Part shown: piece after piece, positions 10,715 to 19,873 of the stretch
Layout of the letters: each line of letters begins with the position of its first letter
How positions within the stretch are numbered: the stretch's first letter is position 1
DNA from: Ignavibacteriota bacterium
GTDB lineage: Bacteria; Bacteroidota; Ignavibacteria; UBA10030
Direction of reading: 5' to 3'
DNA length: 64,000 nt
Assembly: GCA_963727825.1 (NCBI GenBank)
Contig: CAVSHO010000011.1
Coordinates: 160,001-224,000, forward strand
Translations under genes and position numbers: made by a program
The notes under the pieces: generated by a model
What the model was told of the DNA's origin: nothing
Database searches by the model: none
What the model saw: the letters and a program-made list of their open reading frames with translations, nothing else

Positions 10715-10885
10715 CTATATGTATTCCTGATAACCATTAAGATTGCCTGTGATGGAAATATCGGAAATCGGCTTCATTTCAAATGTGACCGATTGTGTAA
10801 TGCTATTATTACTACTTTGTGAGCGTAGTTTAACAGATGTTGTGACTACTAGTAGGAAAAGGACTATGACACTAAGTATTTTCAC
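10715..10885 (-). CDS. 56-aa truncated paralog of the pilin-like family (signal peptide plus N-terminal strand only)
   Basis: Below ORF-track cutoff. GTG start; MKILSVIVLFLLVVTTSVKLRSQSSNNSITQSVTFEMKPISDISITGNLNGYQEYI; FEMKPI matches YEMKPL/FEIKPL of the paralogs and the IVLFLL DNA matches paralog 2. Confidence 0.5.
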   Translation of the reverse strand: MKILSVIVLFLLVVTTSVKLRSQSSNNSITQSVTFEMKPISDISITGNLNGYQEYI

Positions 10886-11086
10886 CTGTATTGATTCTAA
10901 AATTTCTAACGAATAAACAGGGGAAATGGTTCCTGTACTTAAGAATGTATGGTCTTTATATGCTCATAGATAATTGAACTTTTATAATTGAATTGCATGT
11001 TATAATGATACATTGTTGTGTCATCGAGCTTTTGGGGGTAACGTTTATCCTATAATTAATGGGATTCTTAATAAAAAAAATCACAC

Positions 11087-11102
11087 TGGCATATAGATTG
11101 AC
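11087..11102 (+). promoter_or_regulatory. sigma54-type promoter copy with no downstream sense gene
   Basis: TGGCATATAGATTGAC, nearly identical (with ~25 nt downstream) to 37024-37060; enhancer-like ATGTTATAATGATAC at 10997-11011. Confidence 0.55.
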
Positions 11103-11242
11103 TAATATTCCTTGTTCCTATTTAATCAGTTAATAGGAATTAAATCGACGTTGGATGCAGAACAAATCTATGGAGACGTGTACAGAGATACGTAGTTTAT
11201 AGAAGTCTTATTTCCTACTGCCATTATGCTGATATTTGAGTG

Positions 11243-11704
11243 CTACCATTCCTTCAGGCTCAATGTCACTGTTCTTCCTAAACATGTACCTGATATAACG
11301 GTGCAAGAAATATTCTGATCTGTTTCGACCACTTTACCATTTCCGATAACTACATTCTTTGGAATTCCATCAGATAGGTCAACTATACCAAAACTTGTAC
11401 CTTTCTCGCTTGACACTTGAATTAAAAGCTTCGTCTTCGCCGGCATCGGTTCGTCAATGGATGCAATGATCTTCCAATTATTGGAATAGGTTGACAGGTT
11501 ATAGTGTCGCACTACCCTTTTACTATGAAAAGCAAAGAATCGATTGGAACCATTATTCACTGAAATGAAACCTAAAGGCTTTATTTCAAAAGCACCGAGT
11601 GATGCAATGGTTATCATTATAGCCAATAGGAAAAGGACTATGGTAATAGGACTTTTCAACCTCCACCCTGTGTAATCTTTAACAAAAAGATTTTTTATAG
11701 TCAA
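11243..11704 (-). CDS. Small secreted beta-rich (pilin-like) protein, paralog 2
   Basis: Near-identical mature region to paralogs 1 and 3; true start may be TTG at 11659. Confidence 0.75.
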   Translation of the reverse strand: MTIKNLFVKDYTGWRLKSPITIVLFLLAIMITIASLGAFEIKPLGFISVNNGSNRFFAFHSKRVVRHYNLSTYSNNWKIIASIDEPMPAKTKLLIQVSSEKGTSFGIVDLSDGIPKNVVIGNGKVVETDQNISCTVISGTCLGRTVTLSLKEW

Positions 11705-11732
11705 GTACTTTTTTATTTAAATTCTATTAAAA

Positions 11733-11856
11733 CATCCTCGCAATCCAGCCCGCCTGCTGCGGGCAGGCGTACGCGGGAGTCTAATGTTCTAGATACCTTC
11801 TGACTTTGCCGGGACGGGAATGACGCCACAAACGGCGGGGTATTAAACCCGAAAAA
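11733..11856. repeat. REP-like palindromic element cluster
   Basis: GC-rich hairpins (CGCCTGC..GCAGGCG; CGGGAATGAC end); 24-bp CGGCGGGGTATTAAACCCGAAAAA at 11833-11856 is identical to 18496-18519. Confidence 0.55.
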
Positions 11857-11942
11857 GAACAAATCTATTGAGGCGTGTAAAGAGATAAATCGTAGTTTAG
11901 AGAAGTCTTATATCCTGCTGCCACTATGCTGATATTTGAGTG

Positions 11943-12347
11943 TTACCATTCCTTTAAGTTTAATGTCACCGTTCTTCCTAAACGTGTACCAGATATAACG
12001 GTGCAAGAAATATTCTGATCTGTTTCGACCACATTGCCATTTCCGATAACTACATTCTTTGGAGTCCCATCCGACAGGTCAACTATGCCAAGACTTGTAC
12101 CTTTCTTGCTTGACACTTGAATTAAAAGCTTTGTTTTCGCCGGCATTGGCTCATCAATGGATGCTATGATCTTCCAATTATTGGAATAGGTCGACAGGTT
12201 ATAGTGCCGCTCCACCATTTTACTATGAAAAGCGAGGAATCGATTGGAACCATTATTCACCGATATGAAACCTAAGGGCTTCATTTCATAAGCGCCGATC
12301 GATGCAATTGACACGAAGAATACAAGTGCTAATAGACATTGTCGCAT
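11943..12347 (-). CDS. Small secreted beta-rich (pilin-like) protein, paralog 3
   Basis: ORF track 11943..12401; ATG at 12347 (MRQCLLALVFF) gives the same 405-nt length as paralog 1. Confidence 0.75.
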   Translation of the reverse strand: MRQCLLALVFFVSIASIGAYEMKPLGFISVNNGSNRFLAFHSKMVERHYNLSTYSNNWKIIASIDEPMPAKTKLLIQVSSKKGTSLGIVDLSDGTPKNVVIGNGNVVETDQNISCTVISGTRLGRTVTLNLKEW

Positions 12348-12416
12348 TTTTTTAAATCCTAACTGGTATTTTGTATTTATATTTGAATGCATGGTTTTCA
12401 TTTACGAAGTGAATAG

Positions 12417-12432
12417 TTCACTTTGGATGCCA
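12417..12432 (-). promoter_or_regulatory. Weaker candidate sigma54-type promoter for the paralog array
   Basis: Reverse complement TGGCATCCAAAGTGAA: correct GG-N10-GA spacing, 70 nt upstream of the paralog 3 start. Confidence 0.35.
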
Positions 12433-12793
12433 TACAGACCAACCCTGACTTGTTTTTATGGGTTCTGTTAAACTATTGGAAACAAAGGAGTTAGGGCGTA
12501 GACAAAAAACAGCAGATTTTATCTTAGGTGTAAAAAATTGAATTTTCTACAATGGTGATTCTGAGAATACAATTGATATCTATGAAAGAATCAGGATGGT
12601 AACAAAATAGGTAGATTGAGTGGAGTTTATTGCTGAACAAAATTGGAATTGTGGCAGAAGTCCATTGCGTTTTCTCTGGCACTCAAAACGTCAAAAAACT
12701 GCTATAACGGAGTTATAATGCCAAACGAAGATATGTAGTAGGAGAGTAAAAAGATTTATTCCCTACTATGTTCAATATCCAGACACTTGTGTG

Positions 12794-12841
12794 GTCATTC
12801 CGGCGTTCCGAAGGAATCACTTTGTGAAAAGCCGGAATCCA
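12794..12841. repeat. REP-like palindrome
   Basis: GTCATTCCGGC...GCCGGAATCC inverted ends. Confidence 0.5.
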
Positions 12842-12979
12842 GTAAATGAATACCAGCATACGTTGGCATAACAAACATCTCACTGCTTATAGCAAGGATT
12901 ATTTATTTGGTAATTGCAAAAACCGGTGGAATATTATCGGACGAAGAGAAAACTACTCATGTGTTTCATCTTCTGTTTT

Positions 12980-15900
12980 TCATTTTTCCTCGAGGAGATT
13001 GTTCAATGCTTTTAAGCGAGATTCTACATTACGAGCATGGACATTATCAGGATACTGTTCATTGAGAGTCTGATAAGTGTTTCGGGCTTTTTCTCGCTCA
13101 CCTGTCTGCTCGTACGATCTGCCCAACATATAGTACGCATCAGGTTTTTTATTTGACGAATTAATAGCAATAACTTTTTGGAAATGCTCTATCGCGTTAT
13201 TATAATCACGGGTAGCATAATTGCATTCACCCATCCAATACTCACAATTACCGACGAGAGATGTTTCAATTCCCATCTCAATTAGACTGTTAAATTTCAC
13301 AAATGCCTCTTCGTACTTCTTCTCGCGGAACAGTGAAACTGCATCGGCATATTCTTCACGAAGCAAGGAATCACTATTTGCCTTCGATTCTGGCTGCGGC
13401 TCGGTCTCAGCTATTTCTTTATGAAGAGAAGTATCGATACCTTCATTCTGAGTTGGAATTGCTATCTGTTCCGTATATTCTTTGAGAATGGTGGAATCAG
13501 TTTTTTCTCTCTTCCCAGGCATAGAAATAATGAACTTTCTGACGGTATCTCTGGCTATGACTTTTGTCGTATCCATTTCTTGAACAGGTTTTGTAGTTTT
13601 TAACAGGCTTTCGCATACAATGACAAGGTCTTCAACTATATCCCCTTGCTTCGAGTGATGCACAGTAACAGGAAGCGGCCCGTTCTGCTGGATTGCTTGA
13701 AGAAATTTAAGTTGCTCGGGATCGACCGCAAGTGTGTAGCTCCCCGGCGCTACAGCCATTGCGTAGAATCCCCCATCAGCAAATGTGCGAAGCGTATCGC
13801 CGAAATTTCCTTTGGTGGCACGCATAATTACTCGGCTTCCACTGAGTGGAGTACGCATTCCATCCCTTTCTAAATAGACATTTCCAGAAATTGTCCCGGC
13901 GCGATAGAATGGGATTTCAATTCTCCTCATTTGATTCGGATCAACGACAAAAGAGAACTTATCGATTGTCGGCACTAAATTAGGATCGATCTGTTGTCTG
14001 TCGACCTCTAAATTGTAACGGAAGTAACTTTCCAGCTGCGTTACCCGGATAATACTGTCCCTACCAAGCTCGATCTTGCCCATTCCGTCTACTTTAATTC
14101 CGTTCGCGGGAATGAGCTCATCTCCGGCATCGTACTTACCGTTATAGTTGTTATCGACAAACAATAATACATCAATGCCCCCTTTACCGATCTGTTCGCG
14201 ATTTGATAGGAACGCCGTGCCGCGGTCAAGTGCCACTGAGCCATAAATTGATTGGCGGGAAGTACTGCTTTCATGTGAGAAGAAATCGAAGACCGAAGAT
14301 GTTCGCGTAAAATTTAGGTCCATAATCAGGCCAGCCTCAAACGAAGTAGTGTGGATTGCAAAGTTGCGCTCATATCCCAGATTGAATTGGAAGATCTGCA
14401 TAAATGTTTTAGAAAATTGGAGGCTCGCGTCCTGAAGGGTCCTGGCTTGCAAATCGTATATTGCCTGGCCACGCAGGAGAAATGCCTGCAGGAAATTTGG
14501 AAGAAACGATGAGCGAGGCAGCGTGTACATAAGCGTTGTTGTGAAGAGACCGTTACCGGCTAAGTTCAATGGACTTACATCAGTGCCAACTGTTACTTCA
14601 CTATAGCTCATCAGCAGCTGCATATTGGTAAACTGGGTTGAAAGATCGAATCGAGTTGACAAATGTTTTCCCGACACAGCATCCGTGTAGTCCTCGGAGA
14701 TCCTGAATCCGGTGCCGGCAGAGATAAACGCGAGAGGCAAGGAGAGAGCCAGGCTTGCATTCTGCTGCGGCGATGTGCCGATAAGCGTATCATTCAATAC
14801 ATATTTTGCGTACGAGGCAAACACGCCGGCGTTGGAGGCAAATAAAGCATTCGCATTCAAGAGGTAATACGCATTCGGCGCTACATTGACATTGAAAATG
14901 TACTGGGAAAACAAGCGGGATGAAAATCCAAAATTATATATCGGTTTCTGGAGACCGGTATTATCGCTGCGCTCGAGGCCGCCGTTGAGCGTTAGCCAGT
15001 TCGCAGCGCCATAGAGTAAATTTGCATTTCCATAATACGCATTATTCGTCGATACTGTATTATTATCCACTTTTCCTGCTTGTACATTGTAACTAAGAAT
15101 CCCCTTTGGTACAAACGAGAATGGTATCTGAATTTGTTTCTCACTAACATTTATATCACCATATTTGGAAAACGTTTTAACTGTAATTTTCTCTGTTCCG
15201 TACGTAAGCGGAAATTGAAATCGGTAGTAGCCCGCCGCGTTAGCTTTCTGAAAAGCAACCAGGCGGTCATTAAGGTACAATTCAACCTCGGACTGGGGAT
15301 CGGTGAATCCATCAACGACATAATTATCAAACATTACACGAGGTTCGACGGGCTCATTTGATAAGGCAATGCCGTTGACTCTCGGAATAAAATTGCTGCC
15401 GGTCGTAATCTGACCTGCCGTGAACGAGCTAAAATAGTTATTCCCCCGTACAACGTAACGCCAGTGGAGGTCGTCTACAGAAGCGGACTGCCCCGTTGTA
15501 CCAATCAGGCTACCCTGAATATCCCCTCCAGCCACTTCACCCCCGCCAGTGAGCGTATAATTCGTTCCCTGTGACGAGAATTTGTCTAACGAAGTAGATA
15601 TGTTGTAGTCTAGGACGGAGCCACCGAGGACTGAACGATCGAGAGCATAACGCAGCGGATATTTCACCGACGGGCCGAAGTCGCTTCCTACTTCCGAGCG
15701 TGCCAACGCTGCCTTCTTGCGAACGAGCGCAGGTAATTCCTTGGACGTCTCGCCGATAATCTGAAGACGGTTAATATTGACTGTGCTGCTGATACCAAAG
15801 ATTTCTTCGAATTTTTCAGTAGATATGTAAATATCCATCTCCCCTTTGAACATCTCTTCCAGCGTCAGTACATATACTTTATCTCCAAGGGAAATCTCAT

Positions 15901-16237
15901 GCCTGACCGGATTGATTGTCATTGGTATTGCAGAGGAGATATATGTCCCTTTAATGATATATTGTCCCTCGATGGTATAATACACTTCAAAGATATTAAA
16001 CAATTCTATAATAGGAAGATAGATTTTGTCATTCTTAATTGCGACTGATATGTTATAGCTGCCCAATTCCTTGAGAGTGTACCCAAATATTACTTCATCA
16101 TATTGGGAGGCTTGCTGCGATAGCGATTGGGATGGAACAAGAAAATAGAATAAAAAAAATATACTAAGCGTTAATAGCAGATTTCGCACAACGCCATTAT
16201 GGTTTTTTGATGGGATGAACTCACATTCCAGCGACAC
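12980..16237 (-). CDS. Atypical fimbrial usher-like outer-membrane protein with C-terminal Ig-like (SdrD-B/carboxypeptidase-regulatory-like) domains and a CpoB/YbgF-like TPR
   Basis: Signal peptide; amphipathic beta-strand core; usher-like VELYLNDRL...GYYRFQFPLTYG segment; LFVDNNYNGKYDAGDE and TFADGGFY..VAPGSYTL Ig motifs; YWMGECNY...KKPDAYYMLG TPR; directly downstream of a chaperone and pilin. Confidence 0.7.
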   Translation of the reverse strand: MSLECEFIPSKNHNGVVRNLLLTLSIFFLFYFLVPSQSLSQQASQYDEVIFGYTLKELGSYNISVAIKNDKIYLPIIELFNIFEVYYTIEGQYIIKGTYISSAIPMTINPVRHEISLGDKVYVLTLEEMFKGEMDIYISTEKFEEIFGISSTVNINRLQIIGETSKELPALVRKKAALARSEVGSDFGPSVKYPLRYALDRSVLGGSVLDYNISTSLDKFSSQGTNYTLTGGGEVAGGDIQGSLIGTTGQSASVDDLHWRYVVRGNNYFSSFTAGQITTGSNFIPRVNGIALSNEPVEPRVMFDNYVVDGFTDPQSEVELYLNDRLVAFQKANAAGYYRFQFPLTYGTEKITVKTFSKYGDINVSEKQIQIPFSFVPKGILSYNVQAGKVDNNTVSTNNAYYGNANLLYGAANWLTLNGGLERSDNTGLQKPIYNFGFSSRLFSQYIFNVNVAPNAYYLLNANALFASNAGVFASYAKYVLNDTLIGTSPQQNASLALSLPLAFISAGTGFRISEDYTDAVSGKHLSTRFDLSTQFTNMQLLMSYSEVTVGTDVSPLNLAGNGLFTTTLMYTLPRSSFLPNFLQAFLLRGQAIYDLQARTLQDASLQFSKTFMQIFQFNLGYERNFAIHTTSFEAGLIMDLNFTRTSSVFDFFSHESSTSRQSIYGSVALDRGTAFLSNREQIGKGGIDVLLFVDNNYNGKYDAGDELIPANGIKVDGMGKIELGRDSIIRVTQLESYFRYNLEVDRQQIDPNLVPTIDKFSFVVDPNQMRRIEIPFYRAGTISGNVYLERDGMRTPLSGSRVIMRATKGNFGDTLRTFADGGFYAMAVAPGSYTLAVDPEQLKFLQAIQQNGPLPVTVHHSKQGDIVEDLVIVCESLLKTTKPVQEMDTTKVIARDTVRKFIISMPGKREKTDSTILKEYTEQIAIPTQNEGIDTSLHKEIAETEPQPESKANSDSLLREEYADAVSLFREKKYEEAFVKFNSLIEMGIETSLVGNCEYWMGECNYATRDYNNAIEHFQKVIAINSSNKKPDAYYMLGRSYEQTGEREKARNTYQTLNEQYPDNVHARNVESRLKALNNLLEEK

Positions 16238-16299
16238 TTTATTCCTAAAAAAAACTTCCTCTTTGAGGGTGTTTTCATGTACCCTATAGCGTTGTTACC

Positions 16300-16382
16300 A
16301 TCCCGATTGTTTATAACAATCGGGATTTTTTAGATTTTTACTTAAAATCGATAAATAAGATTCCCGCTTACGCGGGAATGAC
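16300..16382. repeat. Perfect 12-bp hairpin plus REP-like palindrome between chaperone and usher-like genes
   Basis: ATCCCGATTGTT-TAT-AACAATCGGGAT (16300-16326) and GATTCCCGCTTACGCGGGAATGAC (16359-16382). Confidence 0.6.
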
Positions 16383-16494
16383 AATCTATCGGACAACCTT
16401 AAAAAGGAAAATGAATTGAAAATTTCTTTTTTTACAGATGAATCTGCTATATAACAATAGTTACATGTACGTTCTGTTATGATGCCGCAATGGA

Positions 16495-17343
16495 TCATTG
16501 CAAATTCACGGCCACTTCTTTAGTCACAGGTTGGGCTTGCAACAAATCTTCCGTCGCAACATCCGACCGCTTGGTTTCAAATGTCAGAAGAAGTTTATAC
16601 TTACCCTTTGCCACTTTTGAAAGGTCAAGGTCTATTTTGTTTTTCATGCGAAAATAAATTGATGCTGTCGCCTCGGACAAAGCTACCTTTTCATTTGCAG
16701 CAGAAAACAATTCTGCCTTCATACTGCCGACGTAAGGCGCGTTGCCAGTACGCTCCACATCCGCAACAACAGTTAGCTTATTGTCCTTCAATGCTGTATT
16801 AACATCGTGTACGATCAGGCCGGTAGAGACATTCCCTTTCCTGTAGAAAACAGGAAATATCTGGTCAAACTTGAAATTGACTTGTGCCGTGATTGCATCG
16901 GTTACTTTTTTCCCGATGTCGGGCGTTTTCTGAGCCGACGTTACCTTAACTCTGGAAAAAAAGAAAGCATCCTTAACAGAACTCTTCGTGCGCACTTGCA
17001 ACCTAACAGTTTGTTCTTGTTTAGCATTCAAAATAAAACTTCTTGGATAAGCACGGACCATTGGATTTAGCGCGTACGTTTTTGCAGCAACCGTATCGTT
17101 GTAATTCATTACGGCATTGCCCATACTGTCAGCATCGGTATATCCAAATGCAAAGCTTATGCTCACTTCTTGAGGAGCTGCAGAATTGTTTGTGATATAC
17201 ATATTCCCGATCCCGCTCTTGGAATCAATAAAGAGAATCGAGGGCGCTACGGTTACCTGGGCAAAAAGCATTTCTGTCCCCAGGAATATTATGGGTATCA
17301 GGAAGACAAATAATCTGGAACTGCAACACGACAGGCGTTTCAT
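16495..17343 (-). CDS. PapD-like periplasmic pilus chaperone
   Basis: Signal peptide; VTVAPSILFI...ITNNS...YPRSFILNAKQEQTVRL...FPVFYRKG...RTGNAPYVG two-Ig-domain chaperone pattern. Confidence 0.75.
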   Translation of the reverse strand: MKRLSCCSSRLFVFLIPIIFLGTEMLFAQVTVAPSILFIDSKSGIGNMYITNNSAAPQEVSISFAFGYTDADSMGNAVMNYNDTVAAKTYALNPMVRAYPRSFILNAKQEQTVRLQVRTKSSVKDAFFFSRVKVTSAQKTPDIGKKVTDAITAQVNFKFDQIFPVFYRKGNVSTGLIVHDVNTALKDNKLTVVADVERTGNAPYVGSMKAELFSAANEKVALSEATASIYFRMKNKIDLDLSKVAKGKYKLLLTFETKRSDVATEDLLQAQPVTKEVAVNLQ

Positions 17344-17429
17344 TCTGATATTTTCCCCTTTCTTAAAGAATTTATAATCCTAGAGAGAACGTAAATGTCA
17401 CTCATTCAGGAAATAAGCAACATAATAAC

Positions 17430-17463
17430 AAACAGAAAGCCCTGACGTAAGGGCTTCCTGTTT
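17430..17463 (-). terminator. Hairpin (partial terminator or mRNA stabiliser) after the major pilin candidate
   Basis: AAACAGGAAGCCCT-TACGTC-AGGGCTTTCTGTTT on the minus strand. Confidence 0.7.
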
Positions 17464-17509
17464 ATAACATTCTAATAAAGCAATAACTAATGATAATTGC
17501 AACGATTTT

Positions 17510-18034
17510 CTATTTGTATTCGACTGAAAAAGTCGATGCGCCTGTGAATGCACCCAGATCCGTACCTGTTGTCATGGTTCCTCCAACCCACAGAGAATAA
17601 TTGTTACTACTCGGTACCACGTCAGCACCAGAACTCAATAAACTAGCGTTTGCTAGTGAACTAGGGTCACCATAAACAGTGAGTGCCAACGACAAGGTTT
17701 TTCCTCCTGGACCGTTGAGCGTAATAGGTGATTGCCAACTTACTAAAACATCTGTATTTGCTCCAGTGATTGTAACCGTGCCAGCGGCAGCTTGGGAACC
17801 TAAATATGCGTTATTGGTTGAAGTTTTGGGATCGAGAACAACCGACCTGCTTGCCGGAACGTTACCAAACGCTATGTCGGTTTTAGCAATCGATAAAGCT
17901 GATATAACAGTCGCATTAGCATTGACATTGGTACTAACATTAGTCTGTGCCTGCATATTGCCGGCGACTAAAATCACCAGAATTGCTACTAAAAGGGTGG
18001 ATGTAAAAATATTGCGTAACATATGTACCTCCAT
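17510..18034 (-). CDS. DUF4402-type pilin-like protein, probable major subunit
   Basis: Signal peptide; ANATVISALSIAKTDIAFGN N-terminus, LWVGGT..GAFTGASTFSVEY C-terminus; own promoter and downstream hairpin. Start may be ATG at 18022. Confidence 0.75.
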   Translation of the reverse strand: MEVHMLRNIFTSTLLVAILVILVAGNMQAQTNVSTNVNANATVISALSIAKTDIAFGNVPASRSVVLDPKTSTNNAYLGSQAAAGTVTITGANTDVLVSWQSPITLNGPGGKTLSLALTVYGDPSSLANASLLSSGADVVPSSNNYSLWVGGTMTTGTDLGAFTGASTFSVEYK

Positions 18035-18103
18035 TAAATTATTTGTTTATTTATTGTGTATTAATTTTGTTTATTGCTTCTATTAATTTCTTTCTTTACT
18101 TAT

Positions 18104-18280
18104 CTCAATCTCCGTGCCAACATAAATTCCCGCTTTTTTCAACGATTTTCAAGCATTTAAAAAACTATTATGTCCATAATGAGATTGCTGACTCATATTG
18201 AGAATTTTGATATTTACTGTAAACACGCGATATTCTCAAAAAACCAATATTCTCAATATATTTCAGTATCATAATGATAC
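18104..18280 (-). promoter_or_regulatory. sigma54-type promoter and enhancer sites for the pilin-chaperone-usher unit
   Basis: TGGCACGGAGATTGAG (rc of 18104-18119); GACTCATATTGAGAA 18190-18204; palindrome GTATCAT-A-ATGATAC 18266-18280. Confidence 0.75.
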
Positions 18281-18419
18281 ATAATTGTTATATACTTATT
18301 CTTATAATGGTATTTTACAATATTTTAAGGTTTTTAAAATACACATTTATTGATCGATTAGCAAATGATGTTACAAACCATACTGTCTTTTCTTAGTGTC
18401 CGAAATATGGGGTAAGGAT

Positions 18420-18519
18420 CACCGAAACAAGTGGCGCTGTACACCATGGCGCCAAAGGCGCTCATTCGGCATGACAATCTATAATACGACGCAAGCGGCG
18501 GGGTATTAAACCCGAAAAA
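18420..18519. repeat. REP-like element cluster
   Basis: CCGAA...TTCGGCATGAC ends, internal TGGCGC repeats, and the 24-bp sequence shared with 11833-11856. Confidence 0.45.
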
Positions 18520-18661
18520 TAATGAAACCATTAACAAATATTGTTTTAGAAGAATATACTATGGGACAGTTTCTTCGAAGTTCAGAGATTAAAAAGTCGA
18601 ATTATCAAAAGGATTTTATAGCTATTTGTTGCTGGATTAATCTATAGAAGAATGGGTCTTT

Positions 18662-19251
18662 TTACAAATACTCGAGAGTTATAATCGAGACAGGCAATTT
18701 ACCATTATTACTTATTGTAGCTTTCTGATGATGGACTAAGAAAAATGTATACGCGACAAAAAGTGGGTCAATAGCTTTCATCGAGCGCTTTAAAAGATTA
18801 TTATTTCTTAATCTAAATTGCACAAAATTTCCGTCTGTGATTATCGCCCGATTGAAATAAGTTGTCCCATCATTTAAATATCCGCAGTTAATTCGCATCG
18901 GATAGACACTCTGTTCATTCTTTTGAGACAATCCGGGCTTGTAAAACTCAGAAGAACAGTAATATTTTCATAAGCTGAGATAGAGAATCCAAAATCGAGG
19001 CTAACGATATCTTCATTACCAGGTTTTGCTGATGCCAATTCATTCAAATGTGTTATATCTTCTGCAAACAAAGTTCTCAAGTTATCATCCATCCTAGTAA
19101 TATTTACAGATGGTAAAACATTTAGCTTGACCTTCATCAAAGGCGTTATTTGTGCCTGACTCTCTCCCGACAGCCCGACGATCAATGCCATTGCGACTAC
19201 CGCAGTTCCGATTATGCGAGCATGGAAGCTATGCCATCTTTGATTCGTCAT
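18662..19251 (-). CDS. Secreted pilin-like protein split by a frameshift near 18935
   Basis: ORF 18874..19290 (likely start ATG 19251, signal peptide ..GESQAQ) and ORF 18662..18931 (CGYLNDG...IITLEYL) join; the C-terminal xEY strand matches the neighbouring pilins. Confidence 0.6.
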
Positions 19252-19258
19252 AGCTATA

Positions 19259-19873
19259 TTATGGATATGTTGAGTAATTAACAGAGACACTTATTGTTCC
19301 AGTATAATATCCCGCATTCACATTGCCCACAGGCCCTAACTTTCCATACAGAAATATATATGCCGTTGCAGAGGGAGCTGTATATCCACCGTGTGCAGGA
19401 GTTGGGGGCGGTGCAGGTACACCCGCAGTCCTTCGAAGCATCGGAAGTGTTATTGCGGAAAATCCTGCAGGGACTTCAACAGCACTCGTCTTTGCCGTGG
19501 CCGCATCGCTACTTCCAAGATTTGAATAGGCGAAGTTACAGGTGAACGGTATCTGGCTGCTCGCTCCTGCAGTCATGTACATAGGAGCGGATATTGTTAC
19601 CGTAATATCCCTCGTCGCATCACCTACAATTGTAATATACTGAGTTTCGTTGTCGGTCAATGTGATAGTGACTGTTGCACTGCTGTTGCTAACAATTTCC
19701 GGTTGCTTATCATTAAAGTTCAAAGTAGCACCATTACTTGCGACCAGAGAAATGCCCACAGAAGTTGTATAGGCACCAAAATTTATTTTTTGTGCAACTC
19801 CAAAGCTGATCACAAACACACTCAATAGTATCAGCATTCCCCATCGTTTCAGTATGTGTGTAAGCGAGATCAT
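19259..19873 (-). CDS. Secreted pilin-like (Ig-fold) minor subunit candidate
   Basis: Signal peptide; C-terminal FLYGKLGPVGNVNAGYYTGTISVSVNY pilin-type strand; ATGA overlap with upstream gene. Confidence 0.7.
   Translation of the reverse strand: MISLTHILKRWGMLILLSVFVISFGVAQKINFGAYTTSVGISLVASNGATLNFNDKQPEIVSNSSATVTITLTDNETQYITIVGDATRDITVTISAPMYMTAGASSQIPFTCNFAYSNLGSSDAATAKTSAVEVPAGFSAITLPMLRRTAGVPAPPPTPAHGGYTAPSATAYIFLYGKLGPVGNVNAGYYTGTISVSVNYSTYP

Noticed and set aside
12650-12670. TGGCAGAAGTCCATTGC as a sigma54 promoter
   Set aside because: GG-GC spacing is one base too long and no gene lies downstream on that strand.
16295-16498. 67-aa ORF between chaperone and usher-like genes
   Set aside because: Translation of a REP-like palindrome (SFPRKRES) and a hairpin.
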